A stretch of 59,874 nt of DNA from Microbacterium sp. (GCF_031178525.1 NZ_JAPSJA010000001.1:1-59874), one strand, 5' to 3'. Positions 40,120-48,687 are shown, counted from the stretch's first letter. Made by a program: numbers and translations. The notes: a model not told the origin generated them from the letters alone.

Positions 40120-40134
40120 CCCGACTCCTCCCCT

Positions 40135-40152
40135 CCCGCGGAATTCCGCGGG
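40135..40152. promoter_or_regulatory. Perfect 18-bp palindrome CCCGCGGAATTCCGCGGG next to the smc RBS
   Basis: Self-reverse-complementary; begins 16 nt upstream of the smc start. Confidence 0.5.
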
Positions 40153-40225
40153 TTTCACGCTACCGGACGGCTCGCCGCGCACCGTGCACCACGCGCCGCC
40201 GCATCAGACACGCCTGAGAGAAGGC

Positions 40226-40255
40226 TTGACGAACGCTGAATCCCGCCGCTAATGT
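40226..40255 (+). promoter_or_regulatory. Sigma-A-type promoter TTGACG-N18-TAATGT
   Basis: Near-consensus -35 and -10 upstream of the leader ORF/GNAT unit. Confidence 0.7.
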
Positions 40256-40295
40256 CGGGAGCCGCGACCCGCGAACAGATGAGAGGAGGGGCGCG

Positions 40296-40379
40296 ATGTT
40301 GACTGATTTCACTCCAGATCTCCGCGTCTCCCGCCTCGGCATCATCGGCGTCGCACGGCGATTCCCCGCGGCCATCTGA
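40296..40379 (+). CDS. Putative 27-aa leader peptide MLTDFTPDLRVSRLGIIGVARRFPAAI
   Basis: Strong SD GAGAGGAGG upstream of ATG; first SD-led ORF after the promoter; below the ORF-track length cutoff. Confidence 0.6.
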   Translation: MLTDFTPDLRVSRLGIIGVARRFPAAI

Positions 40380-40604
40380 CGCGCCCACGCCACAGGTCTG
40401 CCCACTGAGGGCGCCCTTCTGAGGCTTCTCCTCCTCGGGCACCGCGTCGGCATCCCGGACCGCGTCCGCAGCGGTCGGCCCGCGATCGACGGCCCATGCG
40501 CCTCGATTCCCGCGATCCCCCTGTCCTTCCGCGACAGGTTCCCTCCCCGTTCGGGGATCCATCCATCACGTCCCCGCCCCCGGGGACATCACCGAGGAGA
40601 CACC

Positions 40605-40934
40605 ATGTCCACGACCACGCTCCGCACGATCGACCGCCACGACGTCCTGAACCAGGGCTCCGAGGCGCAGGCCGTGCGCACCTCGCATCCGCCGCAACCG
40701 CCGGACTCGATAGCCGAGGCGCTGCAGAACCGCTCTGCTCGCACCGCGCTTCCCGACCGGGTGGCGATGTGGATCGGCCTGAGGCTGCTGCTGTGGGGCA
40801 CGCGCCCCGACCGCGGCCAGGCCACGAACAGCGACCTGCACGAACTGCACCTGGAACGCGAGCTGAACAGGCGTCGCGCCGAGCTCGAGCTCGCGCGCGC
40901 CTGGGCCGGGATCCACGCGCACCTTCCCCGCTGA
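40605..40934 (+). CDS. Small hypothetical protein (109 aa)
   Basis: SD GAGGAG; GC-rich third codon positions; amphipathic DRVAMWIGLRLLLWG segment. Confidence 0.75.
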   Translation: MSTTTLRTIDRHDVLNQGSEAQAVRTSHPPQPPDSIAEALQNRSARTALPDRVAMWIGLRLLLWGTRPDRGQATNSDLHELHLERELNRRRAELELARAWAGIHAHLPR

Positions 40935-40946
40935 TCGACCCCCACC

Positions 40947-40977
40947 CGGGGCCGGGTGGAACTCCCGCCCGGCCCCG
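40947..40977 (+). other. GC-rich hairpin between the small ORF and the first GNAT (no U-tract)
   Basis: 13-bp stem CGGGGCCGGGTGG / CCGCCCGGCCCCG with one G-U pair. Confidence 0.55.
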
Positions 40978-41004
40978 ACCTCCCCACGAAGGAAGCACGC
41001 TCTC

Positions 41005-42096
41005 ATGTACGACACGTTGCACACCCTCGGGCAGGGCATCGACGCGCTGCCCATCCCCGCCACGACCGACGCCCCCGACGCGGCCGGCCTGCGTGCCGCG
41101 GCGGAGATCATCACCGCCTCCGGTCGCCACGACAGCGGCACGGATCTGTTCGACGTCGAGCCCGCCGAGTGGCTCGCCGCGCTGCACGCCACCGAGTACA
41201 CGGCGCGCGAGGTCCGCATCGTCAGGGTCGGCGATCGGATCACCGGCGTCCTGCTGTTCGAATACCCGCGCGACGGCGAGAAGACCGCGAACGCCGGGGT
41301 CTTCGTCCGACCTGAGGACCGCGGGCGCGGGATCGAGGACGCCCTGTTCGACGAGGCCGAACGCCTCGCTCACGAGCACGGGCGAAGCGTCCTGCACTCC
41401 TGGAATCTCGCGCGCGCGGATCACCCCGGCGCGCGGCTCGCCTCCCCCGTCGGCATCGGCTCGATTCCGGCGGACGCCGACACGACGCGCCTGCTGCAGC
41501 GGCACGGCTACACACTCGGCCAGGTCGAGCGCGTGAGCATGTTCGACTTCGCGGAGTCGCTCGATCACGCGCGGCGCATGCTCGATGGGGCGCTCGCGAA
41601 GGCGGGCCCCGACTACCGCCCGGTGTGGTGGCAGTCACCCGCGCCCGACGAGCACGTCGACGGCTACGCCTACGCCGTCTCCCGCATGGCGACGGATGTG
41701 CCCAGCGGCGAGCTCGAGTGGGAAGAGGAGGCCTGGGACGCCGAGCGCGTCCGCTATCGCGAGAAGCTCAAGGCCGACGCCGGTCAGATCATGGCCGTGA
41801 CCGCCGTGGTCCACGTGCCCACCGGCGCCATCGCCGCGTTCAACGAGCTCGTGGTCGGGCGCGACCGCGGCCGCCGCACCGAGAACTACGGCACGCTCGT
41901 GCTGCCGGAGCACCGCGGACACCGTCTCGGCACGATCGTGAAGTGCCTGGGGCTCATCCGATGGCACGAGCTCGTGCCCACCTCCCCGAGCGTCATGACG
42001 TTCAACGCCGAGGAGAACCGCTACATGCTGGACGTGAACGAGGCGGTCGGCTTCCGCCCCGTCGCCGCTTCCGGCGAATGGAAGAAGGAACTGTGA
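41005..42096 (+). CDS. Double-domain GNAT N-acetyltransferase, paralog 1
   Basis: Two motif-A elements, VRPEDRGRGI and VLPEHRGHRLG; FNAEENRYMLDVNEAVGF. Confidence 0.88.
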   Translation: MYDTLHTLGQGIDALPIPATTDAPDAAGLRAAAEIITASGRHDSGTDLFDVEPAEWLAALHATEYTAREVRIVRVGDRITGVLLFEYPRDGEKTANAGVFVRPEDRGRGIEDALFDEAERLAHEHGRSVLHSWNLARADHPGARLASPVGIGSIPADADTTRLLQRHGYTLGQVERVSMFDFAESLDHARRMLDGALAKAGPDYRPVWWQSPAPDEHVDGYAYAVSRMATDVPSGELEWEEEAWDAERVRYREKLKADAGQIMAVTAVVHVPTGAIAAFNELVVGRDRGRRTENYGTLVLPEHRGHRLGTIVKCLGLIRWHELVPTSPSVMTFNAEENRYMLDVNEAVGFRPVAASGEWKKEL

Positions 42097-43184
42097 TGGA
42101 GTCGACGACCCTGGACATCCGGATCGAACCGCTCGTCATCCCCGCCTCGCTGGACGCGCCCGACGCGGGCGACTTCCTCGAGGCCGTCAGGATCGCGAAC
42201 GAGGCGTGGCGCCGGGCTTCCGGCACCGATCTGCACGACGACGACCCGGCCGAGCTGCTCGCGCAGTCGCGCGAGACGCCCTATCGCGTCACCCACCTCG
42301 TGGGTGCCCGCATCGAGGGCGCGCTCGTGGGCGTCGGCAGCGTGGAGTTCGACAAGACGACCGCGGAGTCCGCCGCGTTCGATGTGTCGCTCGTCGCGGA
42401 GCACGAGCAGGGCCCGGCGTCCGACGCGCTGATGGCCGAGGTCGAGCGCATCGCGCGCGAGCACGGCCGCAGCGTGCTGCAGTCGTGGACGATCCACCGG
42501 CCCGACCCCGTCGAGCACCGCCTCGTCCCGCCGACGGGCGCGGGCTGGATCCCGAGCGAGGACGCGGCCACGCGCCGCATGCTCGCCGCCGGCTTCCGCC
42601 TCGGCCAGGTCGAGCGCAACAGCGTGTTCGAGCTGCACGGCTCGTACGACGCGACCGACAGCCTGCTGGAGCAGGCGATCGCGAAGGCCGGTCCTGACTA
42701 CCGCCCCGTGTGGTGGGCGGGTCCCACGCCGCCCGAGTACGCCGCCGGCTACGCCACGGCGATCGGGCGGATGCACTCGGACGTGCCGAGCGGCGACATG
42801 GTCAGCGAGCTGTCGGTGTGGGATGCCGAGCGGGTGTTCGAGCGCGACGGCCGGTTCGCCGAGGCGGGCACGCTGATGGGCGTGACGCTCGTGGTGCACG
42901 AGCCGACCGGCGAGGTCGCGGCGTTCAACGAGCTGACGATCGGCCCCGACCGCACGCGTCCGACGTCGCAATGGGGAACGCTCGTGATGCCCGAGCACCG
43001 CGGCCATCGCCTCGGTGCGATCGTGAAGTGCATCGGGCTGAAGAAGTGGCACGAGCTCGTGCCGGAGTCGCCGCGTGTGTCCACGTTCAACGCCGAGGAG
43101 AACCGCTACATGCTCGACGTGAACGAGGCCGTCGGCTTCGTTCCGGCGTCGTACGCGGGCGCGTGGGAGAAGAAGCTGTCCTGA
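42096..43184 (+). CDS. Double-domain GNAT N-acetyltransferase, paralog 2
   Basis: VMPEHRGHRLG, FNAEENRYMLDVNEAVGF; TGATG coupling to paralog 1. Confidence 0.88.
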   Translation: MESTTLDIRIEPLVIPASLDAPDAGDFLEAVRIANEAWRRASGTDLHDDDPAELLAQSRETPYRVTHLVGARIEGALVGVGSVEFDKTTAESAAFDVSLVAEHEQGPASDALMAEVERIAREHGRSVLQSWTIHRPDPVEHRLVPPTGAGWIPSEDAATRRMLAAGFRLGQVERNSVFELHGSYDATDSLLEQAIAKAGPDYRPVWWAGPTPPEYAAGYATAIGRMHSDVPSGDMVSELSVWDAERVFERDGRFAEAGTLMGVTLVVHEPTGEVAAFNELTIGPDRTRPTSQWGTLVMPEHRGHRLGAIVKCIGLKKWHELVPESPRVSTFNAEENRYMLDVNEAVGFVPASYAGAWEKKLS

Positions 43185-43219
43185 TCCGTGCCGCCGCCGA
43201 TCCCGCATACGGTTGATGC

Positions 43220-44197
43220 GTGAATCTTGTGGTGATCGGCGGCGGCGTGGGCTGCGCCCGTTTCGTGATGGGCCTGCGCGAGCGCGTGCGGCGGACCGGC
43301 GGACAGGACCGGATCGACGTGGTCGTCAACACCGCCGATGACTGGTGGGTGTCCGGGCTGCGGATCGCACCGGACCACGACAGCCTGCTCTACGCGCTCG
43401 CCGGCGTGAACGACCTCACGCGCGGCTGGGGGCGAGCCGACGAGAGCGAGCGCGTCTCGGGCGAGCTCGCCGTGTGGGGCACCGCGCCGGAGTGGTTCAC
43501 GCTCGGCGATCTCGACCTCGGCACGCACATCGCGCGTACCGCCTGGCTGCGCGACGGACTGAGCCTCTCCGAGGTCTACCGGCGCCTCGGCCGGCGATGG
43601 GACCTCGGTGTCACGCTGCACCCGGCGACGGATGCGGAGATCGACACGTACGTCCTGCTCGCCGACCGGGATCCGATCCACTTCCAGGAGTGGTGGGTGC
43701 GCCATCGCGCCCAGCTTCCGGCGACGGGCTTCACGCAGCAGGGCATCGCGCACGCGACTGCGTCGTCCGGGGCGCTGGCCGCGATCGCGGCCGCCGATGT
43801 GGTGCTCATCGCCCCCTCGAACCCGGTGGTCTCGGTCGGGCCGGTGCTCGCCGTGCCCGGCATGCGCGAGGCACTCACAGCGACGCGAGCGCCGATCGTC
43901 GGCGTGTCAGGGATCATCGCCGGCGCCGTCGTGCGCGGCATGGCCGATGCGTGCCTCGCCGCTGTCGGTGTCGAGACGTCGGCCCTTGCCGTCGGCGCTC
44001 ACTACGGCGCCCGCTCCGACGGCGGTCTTCTCGACGGCTGGCTGGTCGACGAGGCCGACGCGGCTGCCGTGGAGCCGCTGGAGCGGATGGGCATCCGGAC
44101 GCGTGCCGTGCCGTTGTGGATGCGCGACGCCGACACCTCCGTGGGGCTGGCCGCCGAGGCGCTGGGGCTGGCGGGCTCGCTGGCCTCATCCGCCTGA
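43220..44197 (+). CDS. cofD: 2-phospho-L-lactate transferase CofD/FbiA (F420 biosynthesis family)
   Basis: GGGVGCARF, VNTADD..GLRIAPD.DS, WFTLGDLDLGTHI, HFQEWWV, PSNPVVSVGP, RGMADACL. Confidence 0.9.
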   Translation: MNLVVIGGGVGCARFVMGLRERVRRTGGQDRIDVVVNTADDWWVSGLRIAPDHDSLLYALAGVNDLTRGWGRADESERVSGELAVWGTAPEWFTLGDLDLGTHIARTAWLRDGLSLSEVYRRLGRRWDLGVTLHPATDAEIDTYVLLADRDPIHFQEWWVRHRAQLPATGFTQQGIAHATASSGALAAIAAADVVLIAPSNPVVSVGPVLAVPGMREALTATRAPIVGVSGIIAGAVVRGMADACLAAVGVETSALAVGAHYGARSDGGLLDGWLVDEADAAAVEPLERMGIRTRAVPLWMRDADTSVGLAAEALGLAGSLASSA

Positions 44198-44228
44198 GCC
44201 GATCTGTCGACGACGCCGCCTGCCTCCG

Positions 44229-44894
44229 TCACCGGTCCCGGCCGAGCAGCGCGTCCTCGACCTCGGTGAGCTCGTCGAGGAGCAGCATCAGCCCCGGCGC
44301 ACCGGCCTTGCTGAGCGACTGCGAGACAGCGGACTGAGAGATCCCCTCCGCATCCGCGAGATCCTTCTGCGCGTCTCCGCGCATGCGCCCGAGCGTCAAT
44401 CGGCGTGCGCGGCCGTTCATCTCGCCGATGATGTGGTCACGGGCGAGGAGATAGCCGTTGACGAGCGCGGTGATCGCCGTGATCTCGCTCGGCGCGCCGA
44501 TCCCCGCCTGGAACCAGGTGCGCGCAGGTCGCACGCGGCGTCGCGCGAGCGAGTGGACATGCTCGATCGCCTCGCGCGCCGCCCACCATCCCGGACCGTC
44601 CTGCAGCTCGTCTCGCGACGATGCGACAGAAACGACGGCGCCGTAGCCGATCCCGAAACGGCACTCGACGCTGTCAGGCGCGGCGAGCTGAAGCACGAGC
44701 GTCGCCCGCAGGGCTCCGCCGAGCGTCTCGTACACCGCCTGCAGCTCGTCACCGACGGTGGGCCGCCAGGGCCGGGTCGCGCCGGGCACCAGTCGATCCG
44801 CCTGCGCGGCGGCTTCTTCGATCTGCTTCTGGAGAGCGTCGCGGTCAGGCTGACGCCGGGAACCGACGATGTCCGCGAGGATGGCGACCGTCAT
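44229..44894 (-). CDS. SatD family protein with C-terminal HTH
   Basis: ILADIVGSR, TVGDELQ, RFGIGYG, QDGPGWWAAR, QKDLADAEGISQSAVSQ. Confidence 0.85.
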   Translation of the reverse strand: MTVAILADIVGSRRQPDRDALQKQIEEAAAQADRLVPGATRPWRPTVGDELQAVYETLGGALRATLVLQLAAPDSVECRFGIGYGAVVSVASSRDELQDGPGWWAAREAIEHVHSLARRRVRPARTWFQAGIGAPSEITAITALVNGYLLARDHIIGEMNGRARRLTLGRMRGDAQKDLADAEGISQSAVSQSLSKAGAPGLMLLLDELTEVEDALLGRDR

Positions 44895-44903
44895 GAGTGA
44901 AGT

Positions 44904-44948
44904 TTATCACTGATAACTGCTGAGTATCAGCAATAAGTTGATACTCAG
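44904..44948. promoter_or_regulatory. AT-rich palindrome cluster upstream of satD
   Basis: TTATCA-C-TGATAA (44904-44916) and CTGAGTATCA-N9-TGATACTCAG (44920-44948). Confidence 0.65.
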
Positions 44949-45649
44949 ATCGACTCGGGATTGTGAGCTGATAAGTCGCGGATATAAGCGTTTCCTGGTT
45001 GCCGAACGCAACCCGATGCGCCTTGCCGCGAGTCTGCCCGCTGGGCGGCGCCGCGCCGCGTGGCGATGATCTCCGCCTGAGGCCGCATGCGAGCCTCGTG
45101 TCGCTCCACCGCCCACTCGACCGCGAAGCCTGCACGCTCCAGCTTCCGGCCCAACGCATCCGATGTCCAGTACCAGGCTGTGGTCACGGCATGGTCGAAC
45201 GGCTCCTGATCCGGCCCGGAGAAGAAGCCCATCAAGAGCGACCCGTCCCGGCGCGTCACGCGCGCGAACTCCCGCAGTATTGCAGGCACTTCGCTCGGCG
45301 CGGTATGGATGACCGAGAACCACGCCAGCACCCCGCCGAAAGCGCCATCGGCGAAGGGAAGTCGCGCGAGATCTCCCTCGATGAAGTCGATACCGGGGAA
45401 CCGGCGGCGCGCCGATGCGATGAAGCGCCGGGAGCAGTCGACGCCTGCCACCGGCTCCTCACGCCGACCGGCGACATGATGTGTCCACTGACCTGGCCCG
45501 CACCCTGCGTCCAGAATCGGTCCGCGAACCCCGTCAGCCCACGTCTCGATCACGACGCGGTCCCGCGCGGAGGTCGCGTCGACCGAACCGAACAGATCGA
45601 TGTACTCCTCCGCCCGGCGATCATAGGCGCCGGCGACCTGTTCGCTCAT
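44945..45649 (-). CDS. Class I SAM-dependent methyltransferase
   Basis: ILDAGCGPG, GVDCS, GDLARLPF, LAWFSVIH; C-terminal ~35 aa look like read-through. Confidence 0.85.
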   Translation of the reverse strand: MSEQVAGAYDRRAEEYIDLFGSVDATSARDRVVIETWADGVRGPILDAGCGPGQWTHHVAGRREEPVAGVDCSRRFIASARRRFPGIDFIEGDLARLPFADGAFGGVLAWFSVIHTAPSEVPAILREFARVTRRDGSLLMGFFSGPDQEPFDHAVTTAWYWTSDALGRKLERAGFAVEWAVERHEARMRPQAEIIATRRGAAQRADSRQGASGCVRQPGNAYIRDLSAHNPESI

Positions 45650-45717
45650 CGTTCGTGAACGCTCCCCCGACGCCCGCACGTCATCCGCACACCGAGGAGC
45701 CTACTGACCGCTTCGCG

Positions 45718-46626
45718 CTACCGGCGCCGCTGGCACCGCGCGCAGAAGTGACTGCTGCGGTTGGCGAACGCCATGCGCACGATCGGGACGCCGCAGCGAG
45801 GGCACGGTTTCCCGTGCCGGCCGTAGGCGTTCAGGCTGTGCGCGAAGTACCCCGCCTGGCCGTTGACGTTCACGTACTGCGCGTCGAAGCTCGTCCCACC
45901 CTCCGCCAGCGCCTTCGCCAGCACGGCCCGGACCTCCGCCAGCAGCCGATTCACCGCCCGGGACGACAGATCCCGCGCCGAGGTCTCCGGATGGATCCGC
46001 GCGGCCCACAGCGCCTCGTCCGCATAGATGTTCCCGATGCCGCTGACGACGGTCTGGTCGAGCAGCACGCGTTTGACGCCCGACGACTTGGTCGCCAGGC
46101 GCGTGCGGAACAGCGCATCATCGAACGCCGGATCGAGCGGATCCCGCGCGATGTGCGCGGCCTGCTGCGGCACCAGCGGCGCGTCGTCGCCGAACCCCCC
46201 GGCCCGCCCGTCCCGGGTCGGGACGAGCGCATCGATCGCGAGCGAGCCGAACGTCCGCTGGTCCGCGAACACGACCGCCAGCTCGCCGTGATCCGGATGT
46301 GCGATCGCGAGACGGATGCGCTCGTGCCGCTCGGCCGGCGCGCCGGGAGTGCGCAGCAGCATCTGACCGCTCATCCCGAGGTGCACCATGACCGCCTCGG
46401 GGCCCACCGCCGCCGCGTCATCGGCGACCGGCAACCACAGGAACTTTCCGCGCCGCGCCGTGCCGAGGATGGTGCGACCCGTGAGCCGCGCCTCGAACTC
46501 GGCAGCCGTGCCGATGTGCCGTGTGAGGGCGCGCGCGTCGTGCGCCTCCACTCCCAGCACGCGCGCGCCGGTGACGGCGGGCGCCAGCCCCGCACGCACG
46601 ACCTCGACCTCGGGAAGCTCCGGCAT
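45718..46626 (-). CDS. mutM: Formamidopyrimidine-DNA glycosylase Fpg/MutM
   Basis: MPELPEVE, RRGKFL, HLGMSG, GIGNIYADE, C-terminal CPRC..CARC zinc finger. Confidence 0.97.
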   Translation of the reverse strand: MPELPEVEVVRAGLAPAVTGARVLGVEAHDARALTRHIGTAAEFEARLTGRTILGTARRGKFLWLPVADDAAAVGPEAVMVHLGMSGQMLLRTPGAPAERHERIRLAIAHPDHGELAVVFADQRTFGSLAIDALVPTRDGRAGGFGDDAPLVPQQAAHIARDPLDPAFDDALFRTRLATKSSGVKRVLLDQTVVSGIGNIYADEALWAARIHPETSARDLSSRAVNRLLAEVRAVLAKALAEGGTSFDAQYVNVNGQAGYFAHSLNAYGRHGKPCPRCGVPIVRMAFANRSSHFCARCQRRR

Positions 46627-46635
46627 GGGCGAAGA

Positions 46636-47356
46636 TCAGGCGCGTTCGCGCGCGTCGAGCTCGCGCCACAGATCCAGCGCGGCGGCCATCTCGGCGGTCT
46701 TCTTGCTGGTGCCCTCGCCGCTCGCCGACAGTTCGCCCACCGCCACGGTCGCGACGAAGCGGCGCTCGTGATCCGGCCCGCTCGCCTCGACCGAGTAGAT
46801 CGGCGGCGTGAAGCCCTGCCGAGCCGCGATCTCCTGCAGCGCCGTCTTCGGATCCATCGCGGCGCCGTACCGCTCGGGGTTCTCGAGCAGCGGCTCGATC
46901 AACCGCAGCACCATCGCGGTGGCGGACTCGGTTCCGGCCGACACGTAGGCGGCGCCGATCACCGCCTCCATGGCGTCGGCGAGGATCGAGTCCTTGTCCC
47001 GCCCGCCGGTGAGCACCTCGCCCCGGCCCAGCCGGATGTGCTCACCCAGGCCGATCCCCCGCGCGACCTCCGCCAGCGCGACGGTCGAGACCACGCTCGC
47101 GCGGCGCTTCGCGAGTGATCCCTCATCGAGCTCGGGATGCCGCGTGTACAGCATGCTCGTCACGGCCAGGCCCAGCACCGAGTCGCCGAGGAACTCCAGA
47201 CGCTCGTTGTGCGGGATCCCGCCGTTCTCGTACGCGAAGGAGCGGTGCGTCAGCGCCAAGCCGAGAAGCGGGGGGGGGCAGTAGTCCCCGACCGTCGTCG
47301 ACGGCGCCGCCGCGCTTCTCGGTCAGGTGCTGAGGTCCGCGACTATCGATCGTCAC
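46636..47356 (-). CDS. rnc: Ribonuclease III, with apparent 1-nt frameshift near the 5' end
   Basis: ALTHRS..NERLEFLGDSVL, ADAMEAVIGA, dsRBD DPKTALQE; the GTG at 47356 is out of frame by one base across a G9 run at 47270-47278. Confidence 0.9.
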
Positions 47357-47366
47357 GGGTGCCGAT

Positions 47367-47576
47367 TCAGACGTCGGCGACCTTGCGGCCCTTGTACTCC
47401 AGGAACAGCTCGGTGCCCTGCGAGTCGGTGACGACCTTGGCCTGGTGCGGACGGCTGTAGACGACCTTGCCGTTCTCGACCGTCTTGACGAGCGCGGGGG
47501 CCTCGGCCTTCCACTGCGCGCGGCGCGAACGGGTGTTGGAGCGGGAGACCTTCCGCTTCGGGGGGTTACCAGCCAT
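47367..47576 (-). CDS. rpmF: 50S ribosomal protein L32
   Basis: [19 protein letters not shown]; yceD-rpmF-rnc synteny. Confidence 0.95.
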   Translation of the reverse strand: MAGNPPKRKVSRSNTRSRRAQWKAEAPALVKTVENGKVVYSRPHQAKVVTDSQGTELFLEYKGRKVADV

Positions 47577-47580
47577 GATT

Positions 47581-48135
47581 TCAGCTCTCTTCTGTGTCGC
47601 GGGCGGCGTCGTGCGCCGTTCCGTGGTCGGTGAGGTTCTGGAGCGCGGCCCATCGAGGATCGACGGGCGCCTGCGTGGCGCCTGCCGGTTCCGTCAACCG
47701 CTCGCCCGTGACCGGATCAAGGCCGGGGCAATCCGGCTGACAGACCGGCTGAAACGGAAGCGCCAGAACGGTCGCATCCCTGACCAGAGTTTCAAGATCC
47801 ACGTGGTCGTCTTGAACCTCGAAGTCAGCAGTTTCCCCTCCAGGATACTCGAAAAGCTCCTGGAACTCGACTTCGAGGGGCGCGGCGATCTCGCGCAGGC
47901 AGCGGGCGCACTCGCCCTCGTACTCCGTGTCGACCGTGCCCGATACGAGAATGCCCTCGTGCACCGACTCGAGGCGCACGTCGAGGTCGATCTCCTTGCC
48001 CTGCGGCACGGAGACGATGCCCTCCCCCCAGCGCTGCGGCGACGGGATGGTCAGGGAGTGTTCGCGCATCTCGCCCGGCTTGCGCACGATGTCGCGCACG
48101 GGGAGCACGAAGGGACCGGAAATTCGTGATCTCAC
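47581..48135 (-). CDS. YceD/DUF177 family protein
   Basis: [29 protein letters not shown]; upstream of rpmF. Confidence 0.92.
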   Translation of the reverse strand: MRSRISGPFVLPVRDIVRKPGEMREHSLTIPSPQRWGEGIVSVPQGKEIDLDVRLESVHEGILVSGTVDTEYEGECARCLREIAAPLEVEFQELFEYPGGETADFEVQDDHVDLETLVRDATVLALPFQPVCQPDCPGLDPVTGERLTEPAGATQAPVDPRWAALQNLTDHGTAHDAARDTEES

Positions 48136-48183
48136 GCTTCGATGCTACCCGCGGGACCCCGAGCGCGGGCCGGGCACACGGGC

Positions 48184-48687
48184 TCAGAAGTCGTTCGCGC
48201 CGGCCCGGGCGAGGAAGCGGGACACCGCCGGCGGCACGTACGGCGACACGTCGCCGCCGAGGCCCGCGACCTGGCGCACGAGCGAGCTCGACACGAGCGC
48301 GTGCGACGGCTCGGGCAGCAGGAAGACCGTCTCGATGTCGGCCAGGTGGCGGTTGACGACCGCCATGGGCGTCTCGTACGCGACGTCCACCTGCGAGCGG
48401 ATGCCCTTGACGAGCACCCCGGCACCGACTTCCTGCGCGTAGTCGACGAGGAGCCCGACGCTCCAGGCGCCGACGATCACATTGCCGGACATGGCCTCGT
48501 CCTCGGCGATGGACTGCTCGAGCAGCGACACGCGCTGCGCGGCCGGCAGCATGCCCGCCTTGTCGGGATTGTGCACGACGACCACGTGCAACTCGTCGTA
48601 GAGCCGCGCCGCGCGTCGGATGACGTCGAGATGACCGAGGGTCGGCGGGTCGAAGGATCCGGGAACGACGGCGATCCGGCTGCTCAT
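48184..48687 (-). CDS. coaD: Pantetheine-phosphate adenylyltransferase
   Basis: [31 protein letters not shown]. Confidence 0.96.
   Translation of the reverse strand: MSSRIAVVPGSFDPPTLGHLDVIRRAARLYDELHVVVVHNPDKAGMLPAAQRVSLLEQSIAEDEAMSGNVIVGAWSVGLLVDYAQEVGAGVLVKGIRSQVDVAYETPMAVVNRHLADIETVFLLPEPSHALVSSSLVRQVAGLGGDVSPYVPPAVSRFLARAGANDF

Noticed and set aside
40210-40231. WhiB7/WblC-dependent promoter for the GNAT unit
   Set aside because: No clear A/T-rich tract immediately upstream of the -35 (GAGAGAAGGC), so this is not supported.
40120-45717. Prophage or integrative element
   Set aside because: No integrase, transposase, tRNA or att-like direct repeats recognised; treated as a variable accessory patch.
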